From an uncultured Planctomycetaceae bacterium (lineage in GTDB: Bacteria; Planctomycetota; Phycisphaerae; SM23-33): a DNA stretch of 64,000 bases. The stretch spans positions 49,525-113,524 of the forward strand of contig CAZIAZ010000001.1 in NCBI GenBank assembly GCA_964536835.1. The letters run 5' to 3'. Of the stretch, positions 52,601-62,600 are shown one piece after another. Within the stretch, counting starts at the first letter, position 1. Every line of letters starts with the position of its first letter. Position numbers and translations under genes: made by a program. The notes under the pieces are model-generated. The model worked only from the letters and a program-made list of their open reading frames with translations, was not told the DNA's origin and made no database searches.

Positions 52601-54361
52601 GGCCGGGTTCATACGAATGACCGGTATCTCCAGCGACCCGACGAGGCCGCGCACGACATTCTCGATATCCTGAGCCGGCGTACGATTGCCCAGCACATCG
52701 TAATCGACGCCTGGAGTCGGCTGATGGCCGGTCATGGCGGTCGTAGAATTATCCAGTATTATGTAGGTTATGTTCTGATTGAACTTGATAGCCTGGCTGA
52801 TGGACGTCATGCCGATATGGAAAAACGTGCTGTCGCCCATAAAAGTGACTTTGTTGTTCGTGGTAAACGGGTCAATGCCGCTGCCCGTTCCACCGCCAAG
52901 TCCCATGCCCGACAAATCATGCATAAGTTCGTTATTCGGCGGAAACATGAGCATGGTATAGCAGCCGATATCGCCGTGAAAAATCAGATCCACCGGCTCA
53001 CGGTGATGCTTCTGTCGCATATAATCCGGGTCGGCAAAACAGCGCTTGATATCCGTGCAGAGATTGGCTGAATCGCGGTGCGGACAACCAGGGCAGAACG
53101 TCGGCAGACGAGCCGGCAGTTTTGTCGTGACCTTGACGCTTTCAGTCTGTTCGATTGTGCGGATTTCTGTCTGAATAGTGCTCGCTGCCATGCTGTCCGC
53201 CGTCGTACAATAACGACAGACTAGCGGGCCGAGCGTCTGGATGATTATCGACGGGTCTAGGCCGCGTATTTCCGGCAAGCCTTTGAGGCCGTCGGGAAAT
53301 TTTTTGCCGAATATCATCACGTCGTCAAACGCGGCGTCTTTCTGACGCAACGCCGTCATGATTTCAGCAATCTGCTCTTCCATGAAGCCGCGCCGTTCCT
53401 CAACAACAATTATCCGCTCCACCTGCCGCGCCAGGTCTTCTATCATTTCCGGGTCGACCGGATACGACAGGCCGAGTTTGAGTATAGGCGCCTGGCCGAG
53501 CTGGCCCATTTCGTACAGCGCCTGGGTAAGATAATCATGTCCCAAGCCGGCACAGACGAAGCCCAGCGGCTTGCGGACGGAAGTTTCATTACGATATTCA
53601 AAGCGGTTCAGCCCCAATTCACGGGCGGCTTTCATCGCGCGGCTGAATCGGCCGGTCAGCGACGCCTCCTGCCACCACGTCCGCGGCGGCAGAAGTACGC
53701 GTTTGTCAAAATCTATGTCTTTCGTAACCATCTCGATACGGTCATACATGTTGACCGACGGGAAATGGTTGGGCCGACACTCCACAGTGCCGCCGCCGTC
53801 GGCAAGATTCGTGGTGATGATGTAACCCACTACCAGTTCACTGATAGCCGACAGTTTGAACGAAAGATTTACAAAATCCTTGATTTCCTGCGGATTGGAA
53901 GGCTCGATGGTGGGAATGAACAGGTGCTTGGAGATATAGCGGCTGTCGCTGGCGACCTGGGTGGAATCGCTCCACGGGTCGTCGCCGTAAATAACGATAG
54001 CTCCGCCTTCCGGATTAGCCCCAGCCAGGTTGGCAAGGGCAAGGGCATCGGCGGCTACGTGCACGCCGACGCTTTTCATCGCTATCATGGAACGCAACGG
54101 CAGCGATTGTGTGCCGTTGAGCATGGCTGCCGCCAGCGCTTCGTTGTTATTGATTACGGCACGTATGCCCTTTTCACGCAAAACATCCTTCAACGCAGTC
54201 AGCGAGTCGAAATAGCCTGCTATCGGCGAACCTGGATAACCGCCGAGCAGATGTACGCCGCCTTCCGTCTCAAGGGCGCCTTTCACGAGCAATTCACTGC
54301 CAGTGAACACTTCCGTGCCCTCGCACTTCATGAATCTTCCTTCTGTCTTCATAGTCGTCAT
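49640..54361 (-). CDS. Fusion protein: indolepyruvate/2-oxoacid:ferredoxin oxidoreductase (IorA+IorB modules) joined to a GltD-like NAD(P)H-binding flavoprotein domain
   Basis: IorA blocks: YPGSPIAG, CPGCPH, GDIGCY, GDSTFFH, and two ferredoxin-like Cys clusters. IorB/gamma block: GVGGMGIG. C-terminal ~450 aa are GltD-like: Cys-rich N-region, FAD site AVIGSGPAGLAAA…VTVFEK, NAD(P) site VVVIGGGLTGEDC. One continuous 1573-codon frame. Confidence 0.8.
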   Translation of the reverse strand: MTTMKTEGRFMKCEGTEVFTGSELLVKGALETEGGVHLLGGYPGSPIAGYFDSLTALKDVLREKGIRAVINNNEALAAAMLNGTQSLPLRSMIAMKSVGVHVAADALALANLAGANPEGGAIVIYGDDPWSDSTQVASDSRYISKHLFIPTIEPSNPQEIKDFVNLSFKLSAISELVVGYIITTNLADGGGTVECRPNHFPSVNMYDRIEMVTKDIDFDKRVLLPPRTWWQEASLTGRFSRAMKAARELGLNRFEYRNETSVRKPLGFVCAGLGHDYLTQALYEMGQLGQAPILKLGLSYPVDPEMIEDLARQVERIIVVEERRGFMEEQIAEIMTALRQKDAAFDDVMIFGKKFPDGLKGLPEIRGLDPSIIIQTLGPLVCRYCTTADSMAASTIQTEIRTIEQTESVKVTTKLPARLPTFCPGCPHRDSANLCTDIKRCFADPDYMRQKHHREPVDLIFHGDIGCYTMLMFPPNNELMHDLSGMGLGGGTGSGIDPFTTNNKVTFMGDSTFFHIGMTSISQAIKFNQNITYIILDNSTTAMTGHQPTPGVDYDVLGNRTPAQDIENVVRGLVGSLEIPVIRMNPARRGEYRELLERTFLMPGVKIIIADKECGITRTRRLRRFERDVIKSKGFLPAREHMNINQEICRFCLACTKLTGCPGLKHVQTDYGVKMDTDLSNCVADGACERIGECDAFERVVVKRKAQPRSRVPELDLDNIPEPRKRPTEDVWRCCLTGVGGMGIGLATSILVRAGHNEGYRVIFMDRKGMAIRNGGVFSQVTFNLTQQPVTAVIPHGKADLLIGVDVLEAARILDPKNRVRVISKDKTAAVINMDKVQTIAGIMGREDFDTDELVRLIQANTRGDEFLARNISRICEKYLGSRLYANVMMLGYAFQQGLIPVSMHSMAWAIKDTIRVDFKKNLYAFNMGRKLVDSPDLFQGPHKRTTWRETLDDKARELQRRFGKNAQAVAEFRDMLVSLLEKLREFNQTILRDIVIRAYDCVRWGGVDYCRQYVNLVRNICEKDRPEYGYAASGAVVKNLAQAMLIKDAVFKAELSTSHEKYRRDAEKYNVNPANGDRIIYRHLWKRHIKIGSWEKQIRFSVYDWQLKILRRMRFIRSVTRFFMPQEYGFREEYINLTSRFAFGDAEEYRRQVRLLSGPLCQNCYMPSCSQQGCPLGNDVPKWISLAREGKWKVAYAKLAEKNNFPEFTAGICPAFCEQNCHQGIGGYSVQVREMEREIIDRAFEQGWVQPFKPRGATGKNIAVIGSGPAGLAAAQQLCRTGHTVTVFEKNDAAGGMLRVGVPAARLAKQLIDRRIEQLRQEGVQFMYGVEVGRDVSGESLLHDFDVVCLACGAIVPRELDLPGRAAANIHFALDYLGSQNRADVEKSQPSISASGKTVVVIGGGLTGEDCVETAMRQGAKEVYQLEILPQDMTAVLDENPAVKRMWQVRATEFTSQSGSVTGVKALRVEYRPTAKGPVMEKVDGSEFSIAADIVIIAAGFLPQIPSNLAKDLKIQTDNRGSVIIPGKYTTTNSRVFIAGDLATGSAYVATAIDSGRKAARAISSTLRRKTI

Positions 54362-54549
54362 ATTGTAACGAACTGGCGACCCTCTTTACATGCCTATTTT
54401 CAAAAAACACTCCGCGAAACGTACCTTTGGGAAAATGCGCGACTTGCAACTCCGGCAGGCTGCGGATATCATGATTTGAACGAATCGGAAAGTCAGGAAA
54501 ATTCGCATATGCCCGTTTCCAGAATTTAAAAATATTTTGAAATTCACTT

Positions 54550-55077
54550 ATGTTGCGAGCGTTCAAACCTGTTGCTGCACCTGATGCGAGAGTGCTTGTA
54601 CTCGGCTGTATGCCTGGCGTAAAGTCGCTGGAGATGGGTCAATATTACGCCCATCCGCACAACGCATTTTGGCCGATATGCGAAAAACTTTTCGCCGCCA
54701 GCCCCCAGCTACCTTATAAAATGCGATGCGACAGATTAATCGCCGCCGGCATAGCCCTGTGGGACGTACTGCACTCATGCCGCCGCAAAGGCTCGCTGGA
54801 CTCCAACATTGAACCTGATTCGATGCAGCCCAATGATTTTGCAGCTTTTTTTCGCAAACACCGTAAAATCAGGGCGATTTTCTTCAACGGCACAACTCCG
54901 CAGAAAATTTTTACAAAGCAGATTCTGCCGACGCTTAACAGCCAAGCCGCCGCTCTGCCCATGACTCGCCTTATCTCCACCAGCCCAGCCTGCGCAGCCT
55001 GGAATTTCGAACAAAAACTTGAAAATTGGCGCCAAATATTGATGATTCTGAAATCCGACGAAATTTCAAATCCGTAA
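54550..55077 (+). CDS. Uracil-DNA glycosylase superfamily protein, hypoxanthine-DNA glycosylase-like (family 6)
   Basis: VLVLGCMPGV…YAHPHNAFW block. Confidence 0.6.
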   Translation: MLRAFKPVAAPDARVLVLGCMPGVKSLEMGQYYAHPHNAFWPICEKLFAASPQLPYKMRCDRLIAAGIALWDVLHSCRRKGSLDSNIEPDSMQPNDFAAFFRKHRKIRAIFFNGTTPQKIFTKQILPTLNSQAAALPMTRLISTSPACAAWNFEQKLENWRQILMILKSDEISNP

Positions 55078-55215
55078 GCCCATTAAATACAGGCACTTAA
55101 AATCGAAACTTAAAAATTCATGAAAAAAAGTGCTTGACAAAACACCGTCTGCCATTCAATGATTCTGTCCTTTGGCAAGTTGAAATCTGACCCTTTTTGC
55201 GAGTTGGGAGGTTCG

Positions 55216-57753
55216 ATGGGCAAGGCAGTAAAGGACAAGAAGGTTGACGGCAAGTGTCTGGTGATAGTCGAATCGCCAGCCAAGGCAAAAACCATAAACA
55301 AATACCTCGGAAGCGATTTCGTCGTAAAAGCCTCCATGGGCCACGTCCGCGACCTGCCCAATAAAAACCCCAAAGGCGTAAAGGCTCCCGTTCCAGGCGT
55401 TGACCTGGAACATGATTTTGAGCCGACTTACGAAGTTCTGCCCCGCGGCAAAAAGACCCTCGCCGAACTCAAGCCGCTTGCTAAAACCGCACCGCTAGTC
55501 TATCTGGCAACCGACCTTGACCGCGAAGGAGAAGCCATCGCCTGGCATCTCGCGCAGTCGCTCAAACTTAACCCCGAAAATACCCGTCGCGTGGTTTTTA
55601 ATGAAATTACCCGCTCCGCTATAAAAGAGGCTTTCGCCAACCCGCGCGACGTCGATATGAACATGGTAGATGCTCAGCAGGCAAGACGAATTCTCGACCG
55701 CATAGTTGGTTACCAGGTTTCGCCGCTGTTGTGGAAAAAAGTCGCCGGTGGCTTGTCGGCTGGACGCGTACAGTCGGTGGCTGTGCGGTTGATAGTCGAA
55801 CGGGAGCGTGAAATTGACGCTTTCATGCCGGAAGAATTCTGGCGAATCGGCGGAATTTTCACAAAAAACGCATCCGATGCCCCGTCGATTGCCGCCAAAT
55901 GGCAAAAATTTTTAGCCGACACCGATGAAAAAGGCGATGGCCCGACAAAAAAGTCGCAACTTGAATTTCTGGCTCAGAATCACGCTTTTACTGCGGAGCT
56001 TGTAAGTTTTGCCGGCCAGAAGTTTAATGCGAATAATGTCGAGCAGGCTACCCGCGTCGCCAGGGCACTGGGCGTATCCGTCAAGGATACGCAAACAAAG
56101 GAAGACCCCAAGGCTAAAGGCCCGGCCAGAAATAAAATAACCGTCGTCGCATCACTGGCGGCGGATAAAAATTTCATCGTTACGGACGTTAGCCAGAAAC
56201 TGACGTTTTCGCACCCCGGAGCGCCGTTCATAACGTCCACGCTTCAGCAGGCAGCCAGCACGCAGATTTACTTCGCCGCCCGTCGTACCATGAGCGTAGC
56301 GCAGCAGCTTTACGAAGGCATATCTATTCCCGGCGAGGGCGAAGTCGGCCTGATTACTTACATGCGTACCGACAGCAGAAACATATCGGCGGAGGCAATC
56401 GCCGCGGTGCGCAATCTTATAGAAGATAAATTCGGCCCCAAATATCTGCCGGACAAACCGAACTTTTACGCATCGGGCAAGATGGCCCAGGAAGCCCACG
56501 AGGCAATCCGTCCAACCGACGCATCCCGCACACCGGAGAGCATAAAGTCCAGCCTGACCGACGACCAGTTCAAACTTTACCGCCTTATATGGCAGCGATT
56601 CGTAGCCAGCCAGATGACATCAGCCCAGTGGAACGTCACTGAAGCCGCCATCACCACCGACACATCGGACGGTATTGCACAATTCAAAGCCGCCGGCCGT
56701 TCGCTCGCATTCGACGGCTATTTGCGCGCCACCGGCATCAGCAGCAACGGCGAACAGATTTTGCCCGAACTGGCGGCACATGACCGCGTAGCGCCGGTAG
56801 ACATTAGTCCGACGCAACACTTCACGCAAGGCCCGTCGAGGTATACCGAGGCGTCGCTGGTCAAGGCTCTGGAAGCCGACAATATCGGCCGGCCCAGTAC
56901 TTATGCCGCAATTATCCAGACCATACAGGACAGGAATTATGTCGTGCAGGAGAACCGCGCCTTCCGGCCGACTGACCTGGGCTTCGTTGTCACGGATAAG
57001 CTCGTCGCGCATTTCCCCGAAATTTTTGAGGTGAAATTCACCGCGCATATGGAAGACCAGCTAGACGCCGTTGAAGCGGCACGCGAAGACTGGATTGCCG
57101 TACTCAAGGAATTTTACGAGCCGTTCAGCCGGCAACTCGTCCAAGCCACCGAAGATATGGTGCACGCCAAGGCTGAAACCCAGCCGAGCGAATATAAATG
57201 CCCTCAATGCGGCAAACCGATGGTATACCGCTTCGGCAAGAACGGCCGATTCCTCAGTTGCAGCGCGTATCCGGACTGCAAAGCCGCCCAACCTATAGAT
57301 CGCGACGGCAAACCCGTCGGCACGACGCATACCGATATCGCGTGCCCGAAATGCGGTAAGCCGCTGATTTTGCGCAAAGGCCGTTTCGGGCCGTTCCTGA
57401 GCTGCGAAGATTATCCCAAATGCGACGGCATTGTTAATCTTGACCGCAAGGGCGGCGTAAAACTGCCCTCCGCTCCGCCGCTTCAAATAGAAGTGACATG
57501 TCCCAAGTGCAATTCGCCGGTAATGAACCTGCGGCGTTCCAAAAAAGGGCCGTGGATAAGTTGTGCGGCGTATCCCAAATGCAGAGGCCGCGTAGCCTGG
57601 AGCAAACTGGATACGGCTGACCAGAAAAAATATGAAGCAGCCCTGGAAAAACATGAAGCGCAGCACCCCAAAATTACCATTCGCAAAACTAATGGCGACG
57701 AAGCCGAAGAAGGCTACACGCCGCAAATCATCCAGGAAGAAATCGACAGCTAG
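55216..57753 (+). CDS. topA: DNA topoisomerase I with three C-terminal zinc ribbons
   Basis: TOPRIM domain (CLVIVESPAKAKTI), active-site Tyr region, and CPQC…, CPKC…, CPKC… ribbons. GGAGG lies 6 bp upstream of the ATG at 55216. Confidence 0.9.
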   Translation: MGKAVKDKKVDGKCLVIVESPAKAKTINKYLGSDFVVKASMGHVRDLPNKNPKGVKAPVPGVDLEHDFEPTYEVLPRGKKTLAELKPLAKTAPLVYLATDLDREGEAIAWHLAQSLKLNPENTRRVVFNEITRSAIKEAFANPRDVDMNMVDAQQARRILDRIVGYQVSPLLWKKVAGGLSAGRVQSVAVRLIVEREREIDAFMPEEFWRIGGIFTKNASDAPSIAAKWQKFLADTDEKGDGPTKKSQLEFLAQNHAFTAELVSFAGQKFNANNVEQATRVARALGVSVKDTQTKEDPKAKGPARNKITVVASLAADKNFIVTDVSQKLTFSHPGAPFITSTLQQAASTQIYFAARRTMSVAQQLYEGISIPGEGEVGLITYMRTDSRNISAEAIAAVRNLIEDKFGPKYLPDKPNFYASGKMAQEAHEAIRPTDASRTPESIKSSLTDDQFKLYRLIWQRFVASQMTSAQWNVTEAAITTDTSDGIAQFKAAGRSLAFDGYLRATGISSNGEQILPELAAHDRVAPVDISPTQHFTQGPSRYTEASLVKALEADNIGRPSTYAAIIQTIQDRNYVVQENRAFRPTDLGFVVTDKLVAHFPEIFEVKFTAHMEDQLDAVEAAREDWIAVLKEFYEPFSRQLVQATEDMVHAKAETQPSEYKCPQCGKPMVYRFGKNGRFLSCSAYPDCKAAQPIDRDGKPVGTTHTDIACPKCGKPLILRKGRFGPFLSCEDYPKCDGIVNLDRKGGVKLPSAPPLQIEVTCPKCNSPVMNLRRSKKGPWISCAAYPKCRGRVAWSKLDTADQKKYEAALEKHEAQHPKITIRKTNGDEAEEGYTPQIIQEEIDS

Positions 57754-57995
57754 AGGGTGTTCTCAATTAAGCTGTGAGACGCAAATGAGCGGCAATTATG
57801 CATCTGCTACGTCATAAAAACGGTCCGATGGCGGCGCAGCTTTCGAAAATCTTATAATATTGCTCCTATACAACTATAGCAATAAATTACCTGCTAAAAC
57901 AATATGTTACTCTATGCATCTCGAATATCCGTGGTAATATTTCATAAGTGATAATATGTTGTTTCAAACTAAACATAGTATAAGGTTTTATCATC

Positions 57996-59051
57996 ATGAA
58001 ATATAAGCCCGACTGGGCAGAAGCCCGTGAACGGTTAACCGCCCTTTGGAATCACGAAACGCTTGACCGACCCTGCATTGCAGTAATAGCCCCAAACGGT
58101 AAAAAAACGCCGGCACCTGAATTACCAGCAAATCTGGAAGACATATGGCTAAACATTGAATGGGTAAAAAAGGCTTATTTGGCAAAGCTCGAAAACACAT
58201 GGTGGGGCGGCGAGGCTATTCCGTCATACCTGACAATGGGCGGATGGGTACTCTGTCTGGGCGGCACGCCAAAATTTGCACAAGACACAATATGGTTTGA
58301 GCACGTTAATATTGATTTTAATGGCCCTTCTCCATTTTATTACAAAGATGGCGACCCGTGGGTTGAAAAATACATGGCCTTATATAACGTCATTGTCGAA
58401 ATGGCCGGCAAAGATGATTTTCTGGTAGGGAAACCCTCTAATCTTCCTGCCAATGACCTTTTCTCGATGTTTATGGGAACAGAAGAATTTTTGTTCAGCC
58501 TCATTGACCATCCGGAATGGATGCGTAATGCAATCATCAAGGGCGCTCAGGAACAATTGAAATTATGTCGCAAAATTGAAAAAAACATTTGCGAAAAACA
58601 TGACTTCTGGTACGGCCACGGCGGATGGATGTGCTTTTGGGCTCCTCAGCCGTTCACATCCACGCAATCAGACGTGTCGTGCATGCTCTCGCCGGAAATG
58701 TTTGAAGAATTCATTATGCCGGAAATGGATATACTTGGGCAGGCCTACGGTGCGTTGTGGTATCATCTGGACGGCGGTAATGCCCGCCAGCATTTGCCGC
58801 GATTGTTGTCGCTGCCTTATTTGAAAGTTCTTCAATACGTGCCGGCACCATGCGAACCGGCTAACGGCCCTGAACATCTTGATTTTTACCGTACTATACA
58901 GGCAGCCGGCAAAATAGTTCATATCGGAGTGCCAAAAGAAAATGTCCTCCCATTGGTAAAATCACTGGATACATCTTTGTTAATGCTGGATGTGACGTGC
59001 AACAGTGTGGAAGAAGGACAGGCATTGCTGAAGGCAACCAAAAAAGCCTGA
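57996..59051 (+). CDS. Uroporphyrinogen decarboxylase (URO-D)-like family protein, function unknown
   Basis: Blocks DHPEWMRNAI, SPEMFEEFIMPEMDIL and HLDGGNARQHL resemble the URO-D / MtaA methyltransferase fold. Lies in an AT-rich island. Confidence 0.45.
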   Translation: MKYKPDWAEARERLTALWNHETLDRPCIAVIAPNGKKTPAPELPANLEDIWLNIEWVKKAYLAKLENTWWGGEAIPSYLTMGGWVLCLGGTPKFAQDTIWFEHVNIDFNGPSPFYYKDGDPWVEKYMALYNVIVEMAGKDDFLVGKPSNLPANDLFSMFMGTEEFLFSLIDHPEWMRNAIIKGAQEQLKLCRKIEKNICEKHDFWYGHGGWMCFWAPQPFTSTQSDVSCMLSPEMFEEFIMPEMDILGQAYGALWYHLDGGNARQHLPRLLSLPYLKVLQYVPAPCEPANGPEHLDFYRTIQAAGKIVHIGVPKENVLPLVKSLDTSLLMLDVTCNSVEEGQALLKATKKA

Positions 59052-59076
59052 AAAATAACGACCCGCCACTGCCGGA

Positions 59077-59445
59077 TTAAATTGAATCGAACAGCAGGCC
59101 AAAATCGTCAAATGCTTTTGCGATAATCGTCGGCATTTCTTCCATCGCCGCTGTCGAATAGTTTTTTTCGAACGTTTTAATTTTCGCCGAACCATTGCCC
59201 GGCATGGATAATTGCACGATAATTCTGTCGGGCTGAACGGTTATGGACAGATAATGCCTGCGGCCGAACGTCACCAGAAAACTCGGCGGACAACAGTCGT
59301 CGGTCTTCTGCGATGTCTGCTCGAAAACACTCACCCTGGGGGCCCAATCTATCGACCGGAACGCCGCCTCAGCCTGGTCACGATCAAGATCGCCGAATTC
59401 CATTTCGTTATAATCAACTTCCTGTAAACTCACATTTGCCTGCAT
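59077..59445 (-). CDS. Hypothetical protein
   Basis: 122-aa ORF in an intergenic-sized gap; no recognisable motif. Confidence 0.3.
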   Translation of the reverse strand: MQANVSLQEVDYNEMEFGDLDRDQAEAAFRSIDWAPRVSVFEQTSQKTDDCCPPSFLVTFGRRHYLSITVQPDRIIVQLSMPGNGSAKIKTFEKNYSTAAMEEMPTIIAKAFDDFGLLFDSI

Positions 59446-59690
59446 TATTTGTCTCCGTAAAAACCAGCCCGTCCGGCGGACTTATGTCGGATTGTTAATA
59501 ATAACATTTTGCGGCGGCTCTGAAAACAAAATAGGTCGATTTTATTGAAATTCATCGCAAAAAAATCAGCCTCGCTGCGCCGGAACTGTTTGCCGCAAAT
59601 CAGCGTCTTAATCTGAAATTAATTGATTATTTCGTCAAAAAATGCGATACTTCCGAGGTTATAAATTCAGCCATACGAACAGGAAACAAG

Positions 59691-62600
59691 ATGTTAAAAA
59701 TATTGCAGAAATTGTTCATAAAAAGTATCGGCGGGTCGCGTAACGACCGCATTATCCGTTCATGCATGAACCTTGTGCATGAAAAAATCAATCCTCTGGA
59801 AACGATGATGCAGTCCCTGGACGATAATGAACTGCGCGCCGCCTCGCTCGACCTGCGAAAACAGACGCTAGCCGGCGACGTCAAGCGTAACGACGTTCTG
59901 CCGCAGGCGTTCGCCCTTATCCGCGAAGCCTCCCGCCGCGGCCGTAACCATCGCCAATATGACGTACAACTGGTAGCCGGCATGATACTCGACCGCGGCT
60001 GGATTGCCGAAGAAGCCACCGGCGAAGGTAAAACCATCGCATGTTATCCAGCCATCTACATGGCGTGGCTGGAAGGTTTTAAAACGCACGTCGTCACCGT
60101 CAACGACTACCTTGTCGAACGCGACGCCAATTTTGCAAAACCCATTTTCGAACTGCTGGGCGTTACAGTTGGTTTCATACGTTCGGAAATGCCGGCATAC
60201 GGCGACGGCGCAACCGCGCGGCGGGCAGCGTACGAATGTGACGTGACATACGGCACAAATAGCGAATTCGGCTTCGATTATCTGCGCGACAACATGAAGA
60301 TGTCGCCTGCGGAACAGGTACAGGGACGGCTGGATTTCGCCATCGTCGACGAGGTTGACTCCATCCTGATAGACGAGGCTCGTACGCCGCTGATTATTTC
60401 CGGCCCCGCCTACGGCAAAACCGACCGCTACAACAAGGCTGACGCCGTGGCACGCGAACTGATTTCCCGTAATCGGCCGTATGACCAGGCAAACAGACAG
60501 GTCGAAAACCTAACAATGAGACTTCAGACGCTTGAAGGCGAACTGAAAAAGAACAAAAAATCCGACGCCGCCGACAAACTGCAGAAACAGATTGAACAGA
60601 CCCGCGACGAACTCGTCCAGGCGGAAGACGCCCGAAGCCGGCAAACTCAATATTACGAAGTGGTGCTGGACAAGAAGTCGGCTCACATGACGCACGAGGG
60701 CGTAACCGCGGCACAGGAAATCGCAGGCGTGGGCAGCTTTTACGTCGGCGCCAACATGGAATGGCCGCATCTCATGGAGCAGGCCCTGCGCGCTCATCTG
60801 GTCTATGAACGCGACAAGGATTATGTCGTGCAGGACGGCCAGATAGTCATAGTCGATGAATTTACCGGCCGACTGCTGGAGGGCCGGCAGTGGTCGGACG
60901 GCCTTCACCAGGCAGTCGAAGCCAAAGAACGCGTCACCGTCAAGGAAGAAAATCAGACGCTAGCGACAATCACGCTGCAGAATTATTTCAAGCTCTACAA
61001 AAAGCTCGCAGGCATGACTGGCACAGCCATGACCGAAGCCGAAGAATTCGCCAAAATCTACAAGCTCGACGTAGCCAGCGTGCCCACTAACGTACCCTGC
61101 TGCCGTAACGACTCCGAAGACCGCATCTACGCCGACGAAGACGCCAAATTCAAAGCCATCGTCGAAGAGATAAATGAATATTCAAAAACCGGCCGCCCCG
61201 TCCTCGTCGGCACAACCAGTATCGAGAAGAGTGAAAAACTCTCACAAATGCTCGTACACACATACGGCATTGAACACGAACTGCTCAACGGCCGGCCGGA
61301 AAACGCGGCTCGCGAGGCTGAAATAGTATTCAAAGCCGGCCAACAGCACGAACTGAGCAAGAAAAACTCGCAAATGGTCGGCAACGTCACGATAGCCACC
61401 AACATGGCTGGCCGCGGCACGGACATCAAACTTTCCGACGGCGCAAAACAGTCCGGCGGCCTGCATATCGTCGGCACGGAACGTCACGAGGCAAGGCGCA
61501 TCGACAACCAGCTGCGCGGCCGAGCCGGCAGGCAGGGCGACCCTGGCTCAAGCAGATTCTTCCTCAGCCTCGAAGACGACCTGATGAGCATATTCGCAGG
61601 CGACTGGACAAAAAAAATGCTCGCGTGGCTGGGTCTGACCGGCGACATGGCCATCGAAAACAAACGTATCTCAAATGGCATAGAACGCGCTCAGAAGAAA
61701 GTCGAAGAACGCAACTTCGAAATCCGCAAAAACCTGCTTGAATACGACGAAATAATGGATGTGCAACGTCATGGGTTTTACAGCATGCGACAGGCGGTGC
61801 TCGAAGGCAGGAATATCCAGAGACTTGTTTTTCGAATGGTCAACGATTCCATTGCGTCGGCGGCTGAAAATTTCCTGGACGGCTCTTATCCCCAGCGATG
61901 CATCGGCGAATGGGCCCGCAATACTCTCCAGGCTGCCGTGCGTGACGAGCATATAAAAGCGAAAACGGCTGACGATATGCCCTCGCTTGAGGCTGACCTC
62001 CGCGAAGCCGCCAAATCAGAAGCCTACGCCACCATCGCCATAACTCTCGGCGAATATATGGACGAAGAACTCGAAGCGTCGGCGTGGGATTTAAGGGGCC
62101 TGAGCAGTTGGGCCAAAAGCCGCTTCGGTGTCGACATCTCGCAAAATCAGTTGCGAAAGATGAATCCTCACGAAGTAGAGCAGGCGCTATGCGATTCAGC
62201 CGCCGAGAAAATCGACAAAATCGACCTCTCGCCGCTGCTGGAATGTCTTGAGCCGGATTTTGCAAAAAAATCGTTCGCCGGCTGGGCAAATTCAAAATTC
62301 AACCTTGGCCTTTCCGGCGATGATTTCGACGGCACAGCACAACAGGCGGTGGAAAAAATCATGACCGGCGTTCATGAGCTTTATCGCCGGCGGCAGGTGG
62401 AATATCCCGTTGAATATGCTGTCGAAATGACCGTTGGCCGCAACGGCGAAGATAACATCTACGCACTGGAAGAACTCTGCCGATGGGCAAATGTGAAATT
62501 CGGAACCGACTTCACCGCAGAAAATCTTCAGGGCAAAAACGCACACGAATTGCTGAAAATGCTGACCGACATTTCGCATGAATGGCTCGAAGGCGATAAA

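Noticed and set aside
53537-54529. 330-aa ORF on the plus strand
   Set aside because: Antisense to the N-terminal IorA module of the giant fusion gene. No recognisable domain.
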